A stretch of 38,665 nt of DNA from Promethearchaeati archaeon (lineage in GTDB: Archaea > Asgardarchaeota > Heimdallarchaeia > JABLTI01): NCBI GenBank assembly GCA_013166835.1, contig JABLTI010000027.1, forward strand, positions 1 to 38,665, written 5' to 3'. The position numbers were made by a program, and so were the translations under genes. The number at the start of each line of letters is the position of its first letter. The stretch's first letter is position 1. Below are positions 36,006 through 38,665 of this stretch, one piece after another. The notes beneath the pieces were generated by a model, which worked only from the letters and a program-made list of their open reading frames with translations, was not told the origin of the DNA and did not search any database.

Positions 36006-37886
36006 TTGTCTAGAAAGAAGGAAACAATAAGGGTTAGCCTATTACTTGTTATAATATTATCAGGATTCGTCCAAATAAAACCAGTTAAAATTGAAGCTAC
36101 AACGGAGCCATTTTTCATATTAAAAGCAATAACAAACGGGGGTGGAACTCGACCAGACTTATTATTCTTTTTAAAGCAACACTGTGCAAGAATTGGTATA
36201 GACATTCAGATTTATACTTTTGAGTGGCCAACTTTTTTGGGAATGATCAGGGGAGATATTGATAATTATAATTTTGATATCTTTTGTGTAAATATGGTAG
36301 GATTTGCGGGAGACCCAGATTGGTCTAAAGTTTATGGAGAAAATGGAACATTAAATCTTGGTGGTTATGATACTTCTATGGATTGGGAAGAAGAACTAGG
36401 AACAGGAAGAAATGAATGGTACCTACAAACTGGGATTGAATTGATGCCCCCAGAATCAGAGGAGCGTGTACAGCATTACTGGGCTTGGCAGCAATATATG
36501 ATGGACAAAATTTTACCTATTCAAACTTTGTTTAATCCTAATAGTTTAATGGCTACTTGGTCGAATCTACAAGGTTTTGATTATGCAGAGGGTTTGCTTC
36601 CTTCTTGGGGAAAAATGAGTTTTACAGGATTACACACTGGTCAACATAGTCAAGATGAATTAATAATAAATGGTAAGGACTATGATTCTATAAATCCACT
36701 AATTAGTTGGAAGTGTAATTATGATATTTCAAACTTAATCTTGGATCGTGCAATCTGGTATGACTCCCAATTAAATGTTTATCCCCATTTAGCAACAGAT
36801 GTGTTATTGATTAATGATACTTATATTAGAATTAACATTAGAGAAGGTGTTAAATGGCATTCAGATCCCGATGGATTTTTTACAAATGAATATCTTGACG
36901 TCGATGATTTTTATTTTACATATTATGCTTTCAAACATTTATCTGATTCTTCACAGCTATTCAAATGGATTAAGGATGTGGTAAAAGTTGATCAATACAC
37001 TTTAGATATTTTTATTGATGAGGATCCTGATACTATAGAAAACGATAATTTTGCACCATTTCAGAAATATCTAGAAGTAGCGATTTTACCAGAACACTAT
37101 CTTAATCAGACTCAATTACCTGATGGCCAAACACCAGATACAGCAGATGCTTCTTGGGGTAAATTTGATAGTGATGGTTTTGGCACAGGACTTTTCGAAT
37201 TTGATTCCCATGAAGAAGGAGTACAAACAACATTATCAGTTGTCAGTGATTGTTGGTATTTGGATCCCCTTGTAGATAAATCTGATATGGATTTTATTAA
37301 TAGATTTGGTGATTTTACTGGAGGATTAAATAAATTAAGAATTAGAAATCTACCATTTAGAGTAGCTCAACTAGCTGAATTTGAAATTGGTAAAATTGAT
37401 ATGGTACCAGTTAGTAGGTTGCTTGATAAAAGAGATGAGTATCTTCAAGACCCTAATTTTGAGATCCATAGCAGATTCTCGAATATTTTAGAATACTTTG
37501 GTTACAACATGCGAGAGAATCGTGATCATATAGGTAGCAGAGACCCTTGTCCTAACGATCCAACAATTACTATAGGATTAGCTGTTAGAAAAGCTATTTC
37601 ATATGCTCTTGATGTAGATGAAATTAATGAGGTATTATTCAGAGGGGAGTATCTTCAGACCAATTTACCATTTTATGAAACATTGGCTAAGTGGAAAAAT
37701 CCAAATATTATTCGCTATGATCATGATTTAGATGAAGCAAGAAGATATATGGTACTCGCTAATTACACAAGCGGTGTTCAAGAACCTGATACACTTGAGT
37801 GGTGGGAAATTACTGGCATAGTTTTAACTTCAGTGTTTATTGCAGGAGTTATAGTATTTACTTTCTTCAAAACAAAGAAGAAATAA
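36006..37886 (+). CDS. ABC substrate-binding protein family 5 (Opp/Dpp-like), circularly permuted, with a C-terminal TM anchor
   Basis: Signal peptide; IREGVKWH, GTGLF, RKAISYALD; C-terminal TM followed by KKK. Confidence 0.88.
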   Translation: MSRKKETIRVSLLLVIILSGFVQIKPVKIEATTEPFFILKAITNGGGTRPDLLFFLKQHCARIGIDIQIYTFEWPTFLGMIRGDIDNYNFDIFCVNMVGFAGDPDWSKVYGENGTLNLGGYDTSMDWEEELGTGRNEWYLQTGIELMPPESEERVQHYWAWQQYMMDKILPIQTLFNPNSLMATWSNLQGFDYAEGLLPSWGKMSFTGLHTGQHSQDELIINGKDYDSINPLISWKCNYDISNLILDRAIWYDSQLNVYPHLATDVLLINDTYIRINIREGVKWHSDPDGFFTNEYLDVDDFYFTYYAFKHLSDSSQLFKWIKDVVKVDQYTLDIFIDEDPDTIENDNFAPFQKYLEVAILPEHYLNQTQLPDGQTPDTADASWGKFDSDGFGTGLFEFDSHEEGVQTTLSVVSDCWYLDPLVDKSDMDFINRFGDFTGGLNKLRIRNLPFRVAQLAEFEIGKIDMVPVSRLLDKRDEYLQDPNFEIHSRFSNILEYFGYNMRENRDHIGSRDPCPNDPTITIGLAVRKAISYALDVDEINEVLFRGEYLQTNLPFYETLAKWKNPNIIRYDHDLDEARRYMVLANYTSGVQEPDTLEWWEITGIVLTSVFIAGVIVFTFFKTKKK

Positions 37887-37978
37887 AAGTGATATAACCT
37901 TGTTTTCTTCTTTGTGAACGTTAATAAAGCAAGTTGGATTATTTCACATATAAAAATACTACAAGGAAGAGTCTCTCT

Positions 37979-38368
37979 ATGGATCTTGGTGCTGTTTTAG
38001 GATTATATATTCTTGCATCCTCTGGCGTTTGCTTAATTGTTAATATTCTCTTTTTTAGATTAGTTTTTAGAAAACAAAAACGAATGAAAGCGAATGGTTA
38101 TTCCTGGGTTGCTTCTCTGGGATTAATAGCTCTAGTTAATTTTGGTTTTGTTTTTGCTTTTGTATCTTCGATTACTGGTGTTACAAATATTTTCGATGCT
38201 GGACCCATATTTCTATTTGTCATTCCAGCGATAACCTGGTTTGTTCCTGCATCCTTATACACCTTTATTCGAGCTCTTTTCATTGTGATAACTAGAAATC
38301 GAGAGCGAGAAATTCTCTCACAAGATTTAGAAACTGCTGAAGTTGTCGCATTCGTACCTGAAAATTAG
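37979..38368 (+). CDS. Hypothetical 3-TM membrane protein
   Basis: Three hydrophobic helices; ATG 37979 preferred. Confidence 0.7.
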   Translation: MDLGAVLGLYILASSGVCLIVNILFFRLVFRKQKRMKANGYSWVASLGLIALVNFGFVFAFVSSITGVTNIFDAGPIFLFVIPAITWFVPASLYTFIRALFIVITRNREREILSQDLETAEVVAFVPEN

Positions 38369-38477
38369 GACCTTTAAGAACCACACAATTCAGATCTTAC
38401 AATTTTCTTATTGAATTAAATTTAATAAAAGTTTAATTAGCTTTATTTTCTTGTAATCTGCAAATAGGTTGATGTAC

Positions 38478-38665
38478 ATGAAGGAATACAGCATCTCAGA
38501 AATTCAGAAATTAATGGCTGAAGGAAAACTAACTGCTAAACAATTGGTGAAGAAATATCTGGAAAGAATTAATAAAATCGACAAATCGGGTCCAACTATT
38601 AATTCGATTATTGAATTAAATCCTGATGCGATAAAGATAGCTGAAAATCTTGATCAAGTTAGAAA
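38478..38665 (+). CDS. Amidase signature family protein, N-terminus only (runs off window)
   Basis: Own translation MKEYSISEIQKLMAEGKLTAKQLVKKYLERINKIDKSGPTINSIIELNPDA..., typical of an amidase N-terminus; absent from the ORF track. Confidence 0.88.
   Translation, partial: MKEYSISEIQKLMAEGKLTAKQLVKKYLERINKIDKSGPTINSIIELNPDAIKIAENLDQVR

Noticed and set aside
32309-38283. ORFs 32309-32512, 35521-35805, 35564-35746, 35960-36205, 38098-38283
   Set aside because: Antisense to longer, better-supported genes.
1-38665. CRISPR array, IS element, prophage or rRNA
   Set aside because: No regularly spaced repeats, transposase, integrase, viral genes or rRNA-like tract seen.

Overview
AT-rich, gene-dense archaeal chromosomal window. 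Archaeal origin is supported by a tRNA-Trp with a BHB-type intron, a geranylgeranyl reductase, an AlaX editing protein and TATA/BRE promoters; the gene repertoire suggests Asgard/Heimdallarchaeia, but that is inference. Most genes are metabolic or accessory: MFS, nitroreductase, GH57, DinB x2, GNAT x2, APH-like kinase, SDR, DegV x2, alpha/beta hydrolases x2, DUF1624-like acyltransferases x2, DUF998-like x2, cupin, nucleotidyltransferase, SBP5 and an amidase. No CRISPR array, rRNA, integrase or transposase was seen. The main unannotated signal is a candidate peptide/regulon module. An operon of three tiny Lys-rich ORFs (25373-25701) with a terminal hairpin lies divergent from two tandem winged-helix regulators and an FtsX/MacB-type ABC system. 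A palindromic operator TTCTCA-N6-TGAGAA occurs four times in intergenic DNA, three times next to a TATA box and three times with an extra half-site 22 bp away. Other notable items are a bZIP-like/AT-hook protein beside a candidate ~210-nt structured ncRNA, a second structured RNA upstream of alaX, a 1020-bp insertion that duplicated the 3' end of a dinB gene, circularly permuted family-5 solute-binding proteins, a stand-alone PKS dehydratase-PPTase-like fusion, and five broken reading frames (real decay or assembly error).
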